The notes beneath the pieces are model-generated. The model saw only the letters and a program-made list of their open reading frames with translations, was not told the DNA's origin and searched no databases. From a virus (Duplodnaviria; Caudoviricetes): 57,358 nt of DNA. Position 1 is the stretch's first letter. Every line of letters begins with the position of its first letter. The stretch spans positions 1 through 57,358 of IMG/VR virus record IMGVR_UViG_3300015189_000004; one strand, 5' to 3'. Shown piece by piece: positions 9,568-18,500 of the stretch. A program made the translations under genes and the position numbers.

Positions 9568-9909
9568 ATGGCAAAGTTCCACGGTGCAATCGGATATGGC
9601 GAAACCGTGGAGACTGTGGCTGGCGTGTGGGAGGACAATATCACCGAGCGCAACTATTTCGGCGATGTTATTCGAAACACACGCAAGCTACAGGATGGCA
9701 CTAGTGTCAACAACGACATAAGTGTCAACAACTCCATCAGTATCGTCGCTGACGCATACGCCAACGAGCATTTCTTTGCCATTCGCTACATCAAGTGGGC
9801 GGGGACTCTGTGGACGGTTTCAGACGTCGACGTACAGAGCCCCCGCCTACTTTTGAGGTTGGGAGGTGTCTATAATGGGCCTAAGGCTCCAGCTCCAGTC
9901 TCTCCTTGA
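9568..9909 (+). CDS. Head-to-tail stopper/closure-like protein
   Basis: Position after the capsid gene, size and beta-rich composition. Confidence 0.55.
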   Translation: MAKFHGAIGYGETVETVAGVWEDNITERNYFGDVIRNTRKLQDGTSVNNDISVNNSISIVADAYANEHFFAIRYIKWAGTLWTVSDVDVQSPRLLLRLGGVYNGPKAPAPVSP

Positions 9910-10180
9910 GGGAGTTTTGGGGAGTGGACAAGTTTACTTCCAACCACCAGCCAATGTGCAGATGCTGTATCCGTGTATCGTCTATAACAGAGATGCTGCG
10001 GTTACTCAGTTCGCTGGAAACGACCCGTATCGCTACACCAAGCGATACATGGTGACCATCATTGACCGTAATCCAGACAGTGAGATTCCGGACAAGGTTG
10101 CTGCTCTTCCGATGACGACCTTCAACAGGTTCTTCACGGCAGACAATCTCAATCACGACGTGTTCAACATCTACTTTTAG
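9875..10180 (+). CDS. Tail terminator-like protein
   Basis: VYFQPP...YPCIVY pattern; immediately before the major tail gene; GGAGG RBS before ATG 9875. Confidence 0.6.
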   Translation: MGLRLQLQSLLEGVLGSGQVYFQPPANVQMLYPCIVYNRDAAVTQFAGNDPYRYTKRYMVTIIDRNPDSEIPDKVAALPMTTFNRFFTADNLNHDVFNIYF

Positions 10181-10193
10181 AAAGGCAAGCAAC

Positions 10194-11084
10194 ATGACCA
10201 AGCTTCTTTGGGATCAGGTCGGTGAGCGGACGTATGAAACCGGTGTCGACCAGGGTGTTCTCTACATCCCGAACGCCGGCGTCTACGACAATGGCTATGC
10301 ATGGAACGGCCTCACGACCGTCACGGAGTCACCGTCCGGAGCAGAGGCCAAGCCTCTGTATGCCGACAACATCAAGTACCTGAACCTCATCTCGGCCGAA
10401 GAGTTCGGCGCGACGATCGAGGCTTTCACGTACCCGAGTCAGTTCTCGCAGTGCGACGGCACGCAGCAGCCCCAGCCCGGGGTTTCTGTCGGCCAGCAGT
10501 CTCGGAAGTCCTTCGGGCTGTCCTACCGGACCAAGCTCGGGAACGACGTCTCGGCAACCGACTACGGCTACAAGCTCCACCTGATCTACGGAGCCATCGC
10601 GGCCCCGTCAGAGCGAGCGTACGCCACGGTCAACGACTCTCCTGAGGCGCTGGCTTTCAGTTGGTCTGTGTCGACCAACCCGGTCGCCGTGGCAAACCTC
10701 AAGCCGACGGCAATTCTGACGATCGACTCGTCGAAGGTCACCCCGGCCAACCTGGTGGCGCTGCAGGACGCTCTCTATGGGACGCCCGGCACCAACCCGC
10801 GGCTTCCGCTTCCGGACGAGGTCATCGGCATGTTCGCCGGTGCTCAGACTCTGGTCACTCCGACGCCTCCGACCGCAACCACGGCCGGCGTCATCACCAT
10901 CCCGACCGTCACTGGTGTCACCTACCGTCGTGGAGACACGAATGCGGTTGTCACGAGCGGTGCCACCGTTCAGGTTCCTGGCGCCATCGGTCAGTCCTTG
11001 GTCATCAAGGCTGTCCCGGCTTCCGGCACCTACGCGTTCAACGTGAACGTTGACGACGACTGGAGCTTCACCAAGACGGTCTGA
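10194..11084 (+). CDS. Major tail protein (phi13-like) with C-terminal Ig-like domain
   Basis: WDQVGERTYETGVDQGVLY, AWNGLT, YADNIKY, YKLHLIY; codon usage like the capsid gene. Confidence 0.88.
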   Translation: MTKLLWDQVGERTYETGVDQGVLYIPNAGVYDNGYAWNGLTTVTESPSGAEAKPLYADNIKYLNLISAEEFGATIEAFTYPSQFSQCDGTQQPQPGVSVGQQSRKSFGLSYRTKLGNDVSATDYGYKLHLIYGAIAAPSERAYATVNDSPEALAFSWSVSTNPVAVANLKPTAILTIDSSKVTPANLVALQDALYGTPGTNPRLPLPDEVIGMFAGAQTLVTPTPPTATTAGVITIPTVTGVTYRRGDTNAVVTSGATVQVPGAIGQSLVIKAVPASGTYAFNVNVDDDWSFTKTV

Positions 11085-11125
11085 TCGTCGCTCCTTATGG
11101 AGTCTAGATAGAAAGGGGCCAGAGA

Positions 11126-11668
11126 GTGCTCACACTAAATGTTGTTTTGTCTGAAGGATTCGATGAAGAGAAGAACGAGTTTGTTACTTCGTCATCATTC
11201 ACTTTGGAGATTGAGCACTCTCTGGTTTCCCTGTCAAAATGGGAGTCTTTCTATGAGAAGCCGTTCTTAGGCCCAACAGAGAAGACTACTGAAGAGGCAT
11301 TGTGGTATGTCAAAGCAATGACGATCACGCCAAATGTTCCGCAAGAGGTTTTTCAGAAACTGTCTAACGACAATTTCGCAACGATCAACGCATACATCAA
11401 CGCCAAGATGACTGCTACCTGGTTTAGTGACAATGAGAAAAAAAGTCAGGGTCGAGAAGTTATCACGGCAGAGATCATCTACCACTGGATGATTGCCTTG
11501 TCTATTCCATTCGAGTGTCAAACTTGGCATTTGAATCGATTGTTAACCTTGGTGCGTGTTTGCAATCAGAAGAACACGCCTCAGAAGAAGATGAGCAGGA
11601 GCGATCTTGCCGCAAGAAACCGAGCACTCAACGAGCAGCGAAGAGCACAACTTGGAACGACTGGATGA
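11126..11668 (+). CDS. Putative tail assembly chaperone
   Basis: Follows the major tail gene; [10 protein letters not shown] and WHLNRLLTL motifs. Function inferred from position. Confidence 0.5.
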   Translation: MLTLNVVLSEGFDEEKNEFVTSSSFTLEIEHSLVSLSKWESFYEKPFLGPTEKTTEEALWYVKAMTITPNVPQEVFQKLSNDNFATINAYINAKMTATWFSDNEKKSQGREVITAEIIYHWMIALSIPFECQTWHLNRLLTLVRVCNQKNTPQKKMSRSDLAARNRALNEQRRAQLGTTG

Positions 11669-11680
11669 TAGGAGGACCAC

Positions 11681-12883
11681 ATGTCACGACTTACCTGGAG
11701 TACTGTCGGTGAGCGAGTATACGAGACAGGCGTCGATCGTGGCGTCCTCTATGTCGCTAATCAAGCTGGAGTCGCTTGGACCGGATTGACGTCGGTTGAA
11801 GAAGCTCCCACTGGAGGCGATGCAAAACCATACTACCTTGACGGGATCAAGTTTCTCAACATTGCTGCTGCTGAGGAGTTCGAGGCAACGATCAACGCCT
11901 TCTCCAGTCCTCCTGAGTTCGGTCTGTGTGACGGGATCTCATCAGTACAGAATGGCTTGTTTGCAACACAACAGCCACGGAAAGCCTTCGGTCTTTCGTA
12001 TCGAACGCTAATCGGAAACGATGTGTCTGGCGCTGGGTACGCCTACAAGATTCATCTCGTATACAACGCCCTTTCTGCGCCGTCATCTCGCTCAAACAAC
12101 ACCATGGGTAGCTCGACAGAACCGTCTGCGTTCAGTTGGCAGATCTCGACGTTGCCGCCAGCGATAACTGGCTACAAGCCAACCGCGCATTTCGTAATCG
12201 ATTCCCGGTCAACGTCAGTGCCAATTCTCACCCGAATCGAGAACGTTCTATATGGGACCGAGACGGTTGCGCCACGACTTCCCACGCCGAACGAACTCAT
12301 AACGCTGTATATTCCTCCTACTGGAGTTGCCTCAGACGACTTTGCACGCGCAGATGCTGTTGGCGCAGCCGCAGTTGGCAATGGTTGGTATGGCGGAATT
12401 GGCGGAGACGCGAGCATTATCGGTGGAGATCTCGTTCGTACGGACACTGGTGGCTACCGGTTGTTCCTCAACCCAGCGCTGGGCATTCTTCCAGTCAACT
12501 ACACCGTGACTGCAGTCGTTCCAGGAGCAATGGTAGCCGTTGGTTCTAATTTCTGGGGCTTGGTTGGTCGTTGGGATGGAAACAACGGCGTTCGCGCAAT
12601 GTTCACAGTCAGTGGTGGCCTCGAGATCGGAGATGCATCTGACTATGGCGTGAACAACGTCTATGCTGACGCGCCTGTCATGCCTGTTGGTTGGGACAAC
12701 ACAGCAATTGATCACACGATGGCTATGCGAATGACCGGTGAACAAATCGAGATCATATTCGATGGCACAGTCATTGTCACTACCTCGTGTAGCACGAACT
12801 CGATGAAGAGTGGCATGGGCTATGGCATATGTGGCGAAGGCAATAACCGAGCATGGCGAAGCATTGGAACCACTGTTCCATAG
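11681..12883 (+). CDS. Major-tail-protein paralogue 2 with a C-terminal beta-rich (lectin-like?) domain
   Basis: The first ~210 aa align by eye with 10194 (GERVYETGVDRGVLY, YKIHLVY). Confidence 0.8.
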   Translation: MSRLTWSTVGERVYETGVDRGVLYVANQAGVAWTGLTSVEEAPTGGDAKPYYLDGIKFLNIAAAEEFEATINAFSSPPEFGLCDGISSVQNGLFATQQPRKAFGLSYRTLIGNDVSGAGYAYKIHLVYNALSAPSSRSNNTMGSSTEPSAFSWQISTLPPAITGYKPTAHFVIDSRSTSVPILTRIENVLYGTETVAPRLPTPNELITLYIPPTGVASDDFARADAVGAAAVGNGWYGGIGGDASIIGGDLVRTDTGGYRLFLNPALGILPVNYTVTAVVPGAMVAVGSNFWGLVGRWDGNNGVRAMFTVSGGLEIGDASDYGVNNVYADAPVMPVGWDNTAIDHTMAMRMTGEQIEIIFDGTVIVTTSCSTNSMKSGMGYGICGEGNNRAWRSIGTTVP

Positions 12884-12910
12884 ATAGTGTCGGAAGGAGA
12901 CTCTTACACA

Positions 12911-13639
12911 ATGACCAAAATCGTTTGGGACGAAACCGGTCTACGTCGTTACGAAACGGGCATAGATCGAGGAGTATATTACCCGAAGGATGGGTCTGGA
13001 GAAGTCTGGAATGGACTGACCTCAGTGCAAGAGTCTCCTTCCGATTCGGACGAGAAGATTCGCTATATCGACGGCGTAAAGGTCCGAGCTCGTCGAGGTT
13101 CTGGTGAGTTTTCAGGGTCTATCGAAGCATACACATATCCGTCGGCTTTTGGTGATCATTTGGTGATGCATCAGCGTCGAAACGTGTTTGATATGAGCTA
13201 TCGCGTTATGTCTGATGTTTCATACAAGATTCATCTCGTATACAACGTGCTTGTATCCCCTTCGAGTGCTTCTTATTCCTACGAGGATGCGTCACCGTTC
13301 TCATGGGCCTTCACAACTAGACCTATACCCATTCCCGGATCGGGTTTGAGTGCTCATCTAGTCATTGACACAGCCAAAGCCTATCCCGAGACTGTGGCTG
13401 CATTAGAGTCACTTATCTATGGGTCTGATATGAGCACTGCGCATATGCCAACGCCAGAAGAAGTGCTCATGGTGTTCGAGGAGAACTCTGTTTTAAGAGT
13501 TATCGACAACGGCGATGGAACATTCACAGTAACTGGTCCAGACTCAGCCATCATCATGATCGATGCAACAACGTTCGAGATTACTTGGGACTCTGCCGTC
13601 ATGATTGATGCGGTCAGTTATACCCTCAGCTCACTATAA
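12911..13639 (+). CDS. Major-tail-protein paralogue 3
   Basis: MTKIVWDETGLRRYETGIDRGVYY, VWNGLTSV, YKIHLVYN. Confidence 0.8.
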   Translation: MTKIVWDETGLRRYETGIDRGVYYPKDGSGEVWNGLTSVQESPSDSDEKIRYIDGVKVRARRGSGEFSGSIEAYTYPSAFGDHLVMHQRRNVFDMSYRVMSDVSYKIHLVYNVLVSPSSASYSYEDASPFSWAFTTRPIPIPGSGLSAHLVIDTAKAYPETVAALESLIYGSDMSTAHMPTPEEVLMVFEENSVLRVIDNGDGTFTVTGPDSAIIMIDATTFEITWDSAVMIDAVSYTLSSL

Positions 13640-13652
13640 GACAGGAGACGTC

Positions 13653-14666
13653 ATGGCTTCCATTACAGGACTTACTGCAGCACGAATGTTGGAGATTGAG
13701 GCCGCTTCTGTTGTCGACGGCGACGTCATAAACAACGATCTTGTCTTGACTACTCATGGCGGAGTTGTGATCAATGCTGGAAATGTTCGCGGTACTCGAT
13801 GGGGAACAACAACCGTCTTTGTGTTTAATCCGGTTCCAAACGCGTTAGTTTACTTTGCCGATGGGCAGCCACCTCGTATCGGAGACCTTGTCGTATCAAA
13901 TAATGGACTTGGTCCAGGTCTTGTGTCCAAGGTAACCGCTGTTGTTGACGCGAGTCACGCTGATTTGGCTGACGCAGGTCTAAGCTTACGCGGTGCCGCA
14001 GGAACGCCTGCGGACGAGACTGCGATTCGAGCTTATGCCGATGGTCAAGATCTTTTGGCTATTGCTTCAGCAAAGGCCTCTATATCAATAGCGGCTGGGA
14101 CCGATCTCAACAACATGAAGACTGAAGGAAACTACAAACAGGATACATCAGCAAACGCAACCCTTGCTTTGCACTATCCTGAAGTTACTGGTGGTCTACT
14201 CGAGGTCTTTGGCTCCACGATTGTTTATCAGCGGTATACAACCCTGACCTCTGGAGCAAGCAAAGTCTATCAACGGCTGTTTTCCAGCACGGTTTGGGGC
14301 GCATGGGTACGTCTGCTTGGTGACACGAACTCAATTACGACGCTGTCCAGCATCAAGGCAGGAACAACTCTCGACATGGGTGGCGCGTTCTACCAACAGG
14401 GTTTTGTTCAACCTAGACTCCACAAGATGACCCACGCTGGCGCGGTTACCAATACTGTTGGTCAGTTGGTGTTTAATCATGGAGCGCCGTTTACACCAAC
14501 AGCAGGTTTTATCATCAACACAAACAGCTCAAACTACTTTGGTCTTGCTTGGGGCTCATCAGCTTTTACAACAACGGCGTGTACTTTCCGATGGATCAAC
14601 GCGTCAACGGCAGGTAACCTAAACGCAATCAACACCGGCCCATTCACGGCAATCTTCGTAGCTTAG
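13653..14666 (+). CDS. Minor tail/fibre-like protein
   Basis: AGGAG RBS; DLNNMKTEGNY...YP...GLLEV...YQRY...WGAW resembles fibre knob repeats. Confidence 0.65.
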   Translation: MASITGLTAARMLEIEAASVVDGDVINNDLVLTTHGGVVINAGNVRGTRWGTTTVFVFNPVPNALVYFADGQPPRIGDLVVSNNGLGPGLVSKVTAVVDASHADLADAGLSLRGAAGTPADETAIRAYADGQDLLAIASAKASISIAAGTDLNNMKTEGNYKQDTSANATLALHYPEVTGGLLEVFGSTIVYQRYTTLTSGASKVYQRLFSSTVWGAWVRLLGDTNSITTLSSIKAGTTLDMGGAFYQQGFVQPRLHKMTHAGAVTNTVGQLVFNHGAPFTPTAGFIINTNSSNYFGLAWGSSAFTTTACTFRWINASTAGNLNAINTGPFTAIFVA

Positions 14667-14673
14667 GAGTCTG

Positions 14674-15141
14674 ATGACGACCACAATTAGCTCAGTTGCA
14701 GTTACTGATGTAGCACCATGGATGTTCCCGGGGTTTGCAAAAGACCCGGCAGATCTCCCAGTCATTGTTGTCACGGGTCCTGTCGGTGGAATCTGGACAA
14801 TCACGGCTCCAGACTCAGTCTCTCAGGTGGATCTTGATGCTGCTGTAGCCCTTCAAGTCAAGTCGCTTTCTGCTCAGTCGAACCACGACAAGCTGATCAC
14901 AGATGCTACGGCTGCCCTCGCAACCAACCGTACTGAATCTGCGCAGAACACAGCAATCATCACAGCAGCAAACACAATGCTGGCTTTCGCTGGAACGTCA
15001 CTCACGAATGCCCAGCTCATATCCACGCTGAAAGATCTGGCAACTGGTGTCAAACTCATGGCCGTTCATGACCAGACGAACAAAGTGCAACTGAACTACC
15101 TGATTCGTCTTGTCGTTGGGAAGACCGACGGAACCAACTGA
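14674..15141 (+). CDS. Hypothetical protein (tail module)
   Basis: AGGAG RBS; lies within the tail gene block. Confidence 0.6.
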   Translation: MTTTISSVAVTDVAPWMFPGFAKDPADLPVIVVTGPVGGIWTITAPDSVSQVDLDAAVALQVKSLSAQSNHDKLITDATAALATNRTESAQNTAIITAANTMLAFAGTSLTNAQLISTLKDLATGVKLMAVHDQTNKVQLNYLIRLVVGKTDGTN

Positions 15142-15159
15142 TCCAAGAAAGGAGCCAAC

Positions 15160-15540
15160 ATGTCCATGACTTTTTCACATAGCGGCTCCTTCAACAAGAC
15201 GGAGGCCTTTCTTAAGTCTGTGTCAAAGCTCGATATTCTTGGTCTCATGCGATCGTGTGGTCAAGAGGGTGTGAATGCGTTGGTGTCAGCCACCCCTGCT
15301 GATTCTGGGTTGGCTGGTCATTCGTGGGGCTACGAGGTTTCTAGCTCCGGCGGAAGTTACACCATCATCTGGACCAACAGCGATGTTGAGAATGGATTTC
15401 CGGTGGCCATAATGCTTCAGTATGGTTATGGAACTGGTACTGGTGGGTATGTTCAAGGTCGGGATTACATCAATCCGGCTATGAAGCCCATATTTGACAA
15501 GATCGCAGACAAGATATGGAAGGCGGTGACATCAGCATGA
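15160..15540 (+). CDS. HK97 gp10-like neck/tail-completion protein
   Basis: ATPADSG...SW, LQYGYGT and YINPAM motifs. Confidence 0.65.
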   Translation: MSMTFSHSGSFNKTEAFLKSVSKLDILGLMRSCGQEGVNALVSATPADSGLAGHSWGYEVSSSGGSYTIIWTNSDVENGFPVAIMLQYGYGTGTGGYVQGRDYINPAMKPIFDKIADKIWKAVTSA

Positions 15541-18500
15541 GCAGTGTCGACTCTCGCGTTGTCGAGATGAAGTTCAACAACACGCAGTTCGAGGCCGGTA
15601 TTCAGAAGACGCTTAGCTCTTTGGAATCCCTGAAGAAGGGGCTCAAGCTTGAAGGCGCCTCCAAAGGTTTGTCTGACATCAGTTCAGCAAGCAAGGGTTT
15701 CTCACTTGCACACATAGCGTCTGGTCTCGACGGTCTTTCGGCCAAGTTCAGTGCTCTTGGAATCATCGGAATCACAGCACTCACCAACATCGCCAACAAG
15801 GCTGTCAATGTTGGTTTGACCATGATCAAGTCGATGACTGTAGACCCCATCAAACAGGGCCTTGATGAGTACGAGACTACTCTCAACTCGATCCAGACGA
15901 TCTTGGCGAACACATCACAGAGCGGTGGGAACCTCACCAACGTTAACGCTGCGTTGGCTGAGCTGAACACCTACTCCGACAAGACGATCTACAACTTTTC
16001 AGAGATGGCCCGAAACATTGGCACATTTACTGCTGCTGGTGTGAAACTTGGACCGGCCACAGCGGCTATCAAGGGCATCGCAAACCTCGCAGCAGTCTCT
16101 GGCTCGAATTCGCAGCAGGCGTCTACCGCCATGTACCAGCTTTCACAGGCTATGGCTACAGGTACCGTCAAGTTGATGGACTGGAACTCGGTCGTTAACG
16201 CTGGTATGGGTGGTGCTGTCTTCCAGAACAACCTGAAGGAGACGGCTCGCGCCCACGGCGTCAACGTCGATGCGATCATCAAAAAGGAAGGTAGCTTTAG
16301 AGACTCCCTGTCAAAGGGTTGGCTCACATCAGCCATCTTGACCGAGTCGCTTTCGAAGTTTACAGGCGACCTTAGTGCAGCCCAGCTCAAGCAGATGGGT
16401 TACACCGACAAGCAGATCCCTGGCATCATGAAGATGGCCCAGACTGCGCAAGATGCTGCTACCAAAGTCAAGACATTCTCCCAACTGACCGGCACTTTGA
16501 AGGAAGCCGCGGGTTCGGGTTGGGCTCAGACATGGCAACTCATCTTTGGTGACTTCGAGCAAGCCAAGACCATGTGGACGAATGTCAACAACGTCCTCAG
16601 CGGCATGATTGGTGCTTCAGCAAAGGCTCGCAATGCTGTCATCGGGGACTGGAGTAAACTCGGTGGCCGTGATTTGGGCATCGATGCGATCAAGATTGCC
16701 TTCAACGACCTCATGGCCGCTGTCAAACCGATCAAGGATGCCTTCCGAGCTATCTTCCCACCAGCAACAGGCAAGCAGTTGTACGACATCACCGAGGCGA
16801 TTCATCACTTCGTTGAGGGCCTCAAAATGGGATCAGATACGGCCTTCAAGGTACAAAGGATCTTTCAGGGACTTTTCTCCATCCTGGATATTGGCTGGAT
16901 GGTTATTAAGCAGGGCATCAATTTCTTCATGCGTTTGTTCGGAGCAGTCACAACAGGCTCCGGCGGGTTTCTCACAACGCTGGCGAAGATCGGTGACTGG
17001 TTCAACAACCTTCGTTACGCCATCAAGAACGGTGAAGGCCTCGAGAAGTTCTTCACGAGGATTGGTGATCCGATTGTTGTGGTCATCAGTCTCCTCAAAG
17101 AGTTTGCTAGCTTTGTTGGTCGTGCGTTTAGCGGCTTGGGCAACGTCGACACTAGTGGTCTTGACAAACTCAAGTCTCGATTCGAGCCACTCGGTGCAAT
17201 TGGCAACGTCATCATCAGTATCTGGTCTCGAGTAGGGTCATTCCTCAAGAGTGCTTGGACTGCGTTTGCGCCAATCGCCGATGCTTTCTCTGGCTTCTTC
17301 GCCAATGTCGGAAAGACTGTCCAAGACGGAATGGGCAACATCAACTATTCCTCAATTCTCGACAGTATCAACACCGGTCTGTTCGCGGGTCTTCTCCTTC
17401 TGATCAAGAAGTTCTTGAAGGGTGGCGTGAGTGTAGACTTTGGTGGGGGCATGCTCAGCTCAATCAAGGATGCATTCGGTGGTCTGACAGACACCATGAA
17501 GGCGATGCAGACCAACCTCAAGGCTGGCGCTCTCATGAAGATCGCTATCGCAATCGCCTTACTGACGGTCTCGGTCGTCGCGCTATCTATGATCGACTCT
17601 GGAAAGTTGACTGTCGCTCTAACCGCAGTCACGTTCATGATGACTCAGCTCTTGGCTGCAATGTTCATGTTCACCAAGGTCGCCGGGCTTAAGGGCGTCG
17701 TCAAGATGCCGATCATCGCTGCTTCCATGATTCTTCTGGCTATTGCTATTGACGTTCTGTCTATCGCGGTAACGCGGTTGGCTAAGCTGAGTTGGCAAGA
17801 GTTGGCTAAGGGTCTAGTTGGGGTCACCGTACTTATCGGAGGCCTCGTCATTGCTGCCAACAGCATGAAGGGCGGCGCCAAGAACATGATCTCGACCGGT
17901 GCAGGTCTTGTTGTAATGGCAGTGGCGATCAAGATTCTCGTCAGTGCTGTTAAGGATCTTTCTGGCCTTGGCTGGGATGCATTGGGTAAAGGTCTTGTTG
18001 GTGTTGGGATGCTTCTCGGATCTCTCGCCCTATTCACCAAGTTTTCAGAGACGAACAAAGGTGGCCTTGCACAAGGCGCGGGTCTTATTCTACTCGCAGT
18101 TGCGATTAAGATCATGGCTAGTGCCGTGGCTACCTTTGCTGCTATGAGTTGGGGCGATATCGGTAAGGGATTGGTTGCAATGGCTGGTGGGCTAACGCTC
18201 ATGGCTGCAGCGCTTATTCTGATCCCACCGTCGTCAATTCTTTCAGCCGTCGCAATTCTCATTGTGGCATCCTCGCTAAGCATGATTGGGGTTGCCCTCG
18301 CACAGATGGGCGCGCTTGACTGGAGCACAATCGGTAAGGGACTCACGTCTCTCGCTGGTGCTCTGACGCTTATCGCTCTGGCTCTTATTCTCATTCCGCC
18401 GTCATCACTTCTCTCGGCGGCTGCCGTGTTTGTTGTGGCAGCATCTCTTGGTATGATTGCCTCTGCTCTTAGCTCTATGGGTGGTATGTCATGGGAAGAG

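Noticed and set aside
7993-9582. Long minus-strand ORFs (529 aa here; also 7084-7968, 17645-18925, 43596-44483)
   Set aside because: Antisense shadows of strongly codon-biased plus-strand genes, with no recognisable motifs.
9871-9876. TATAAT inside the head-tail genes
   Set aside because: No TCGCA box 19 nt upstream and no GAGACC downstream; it overlaps the ATG of the next gene.
11126-11668. Programmed frameshift in the tail chaperone (A run near 11437)
   Set aside because: No convincing extended alternative frame, and the gene is not adjacent to the tape measure gene.
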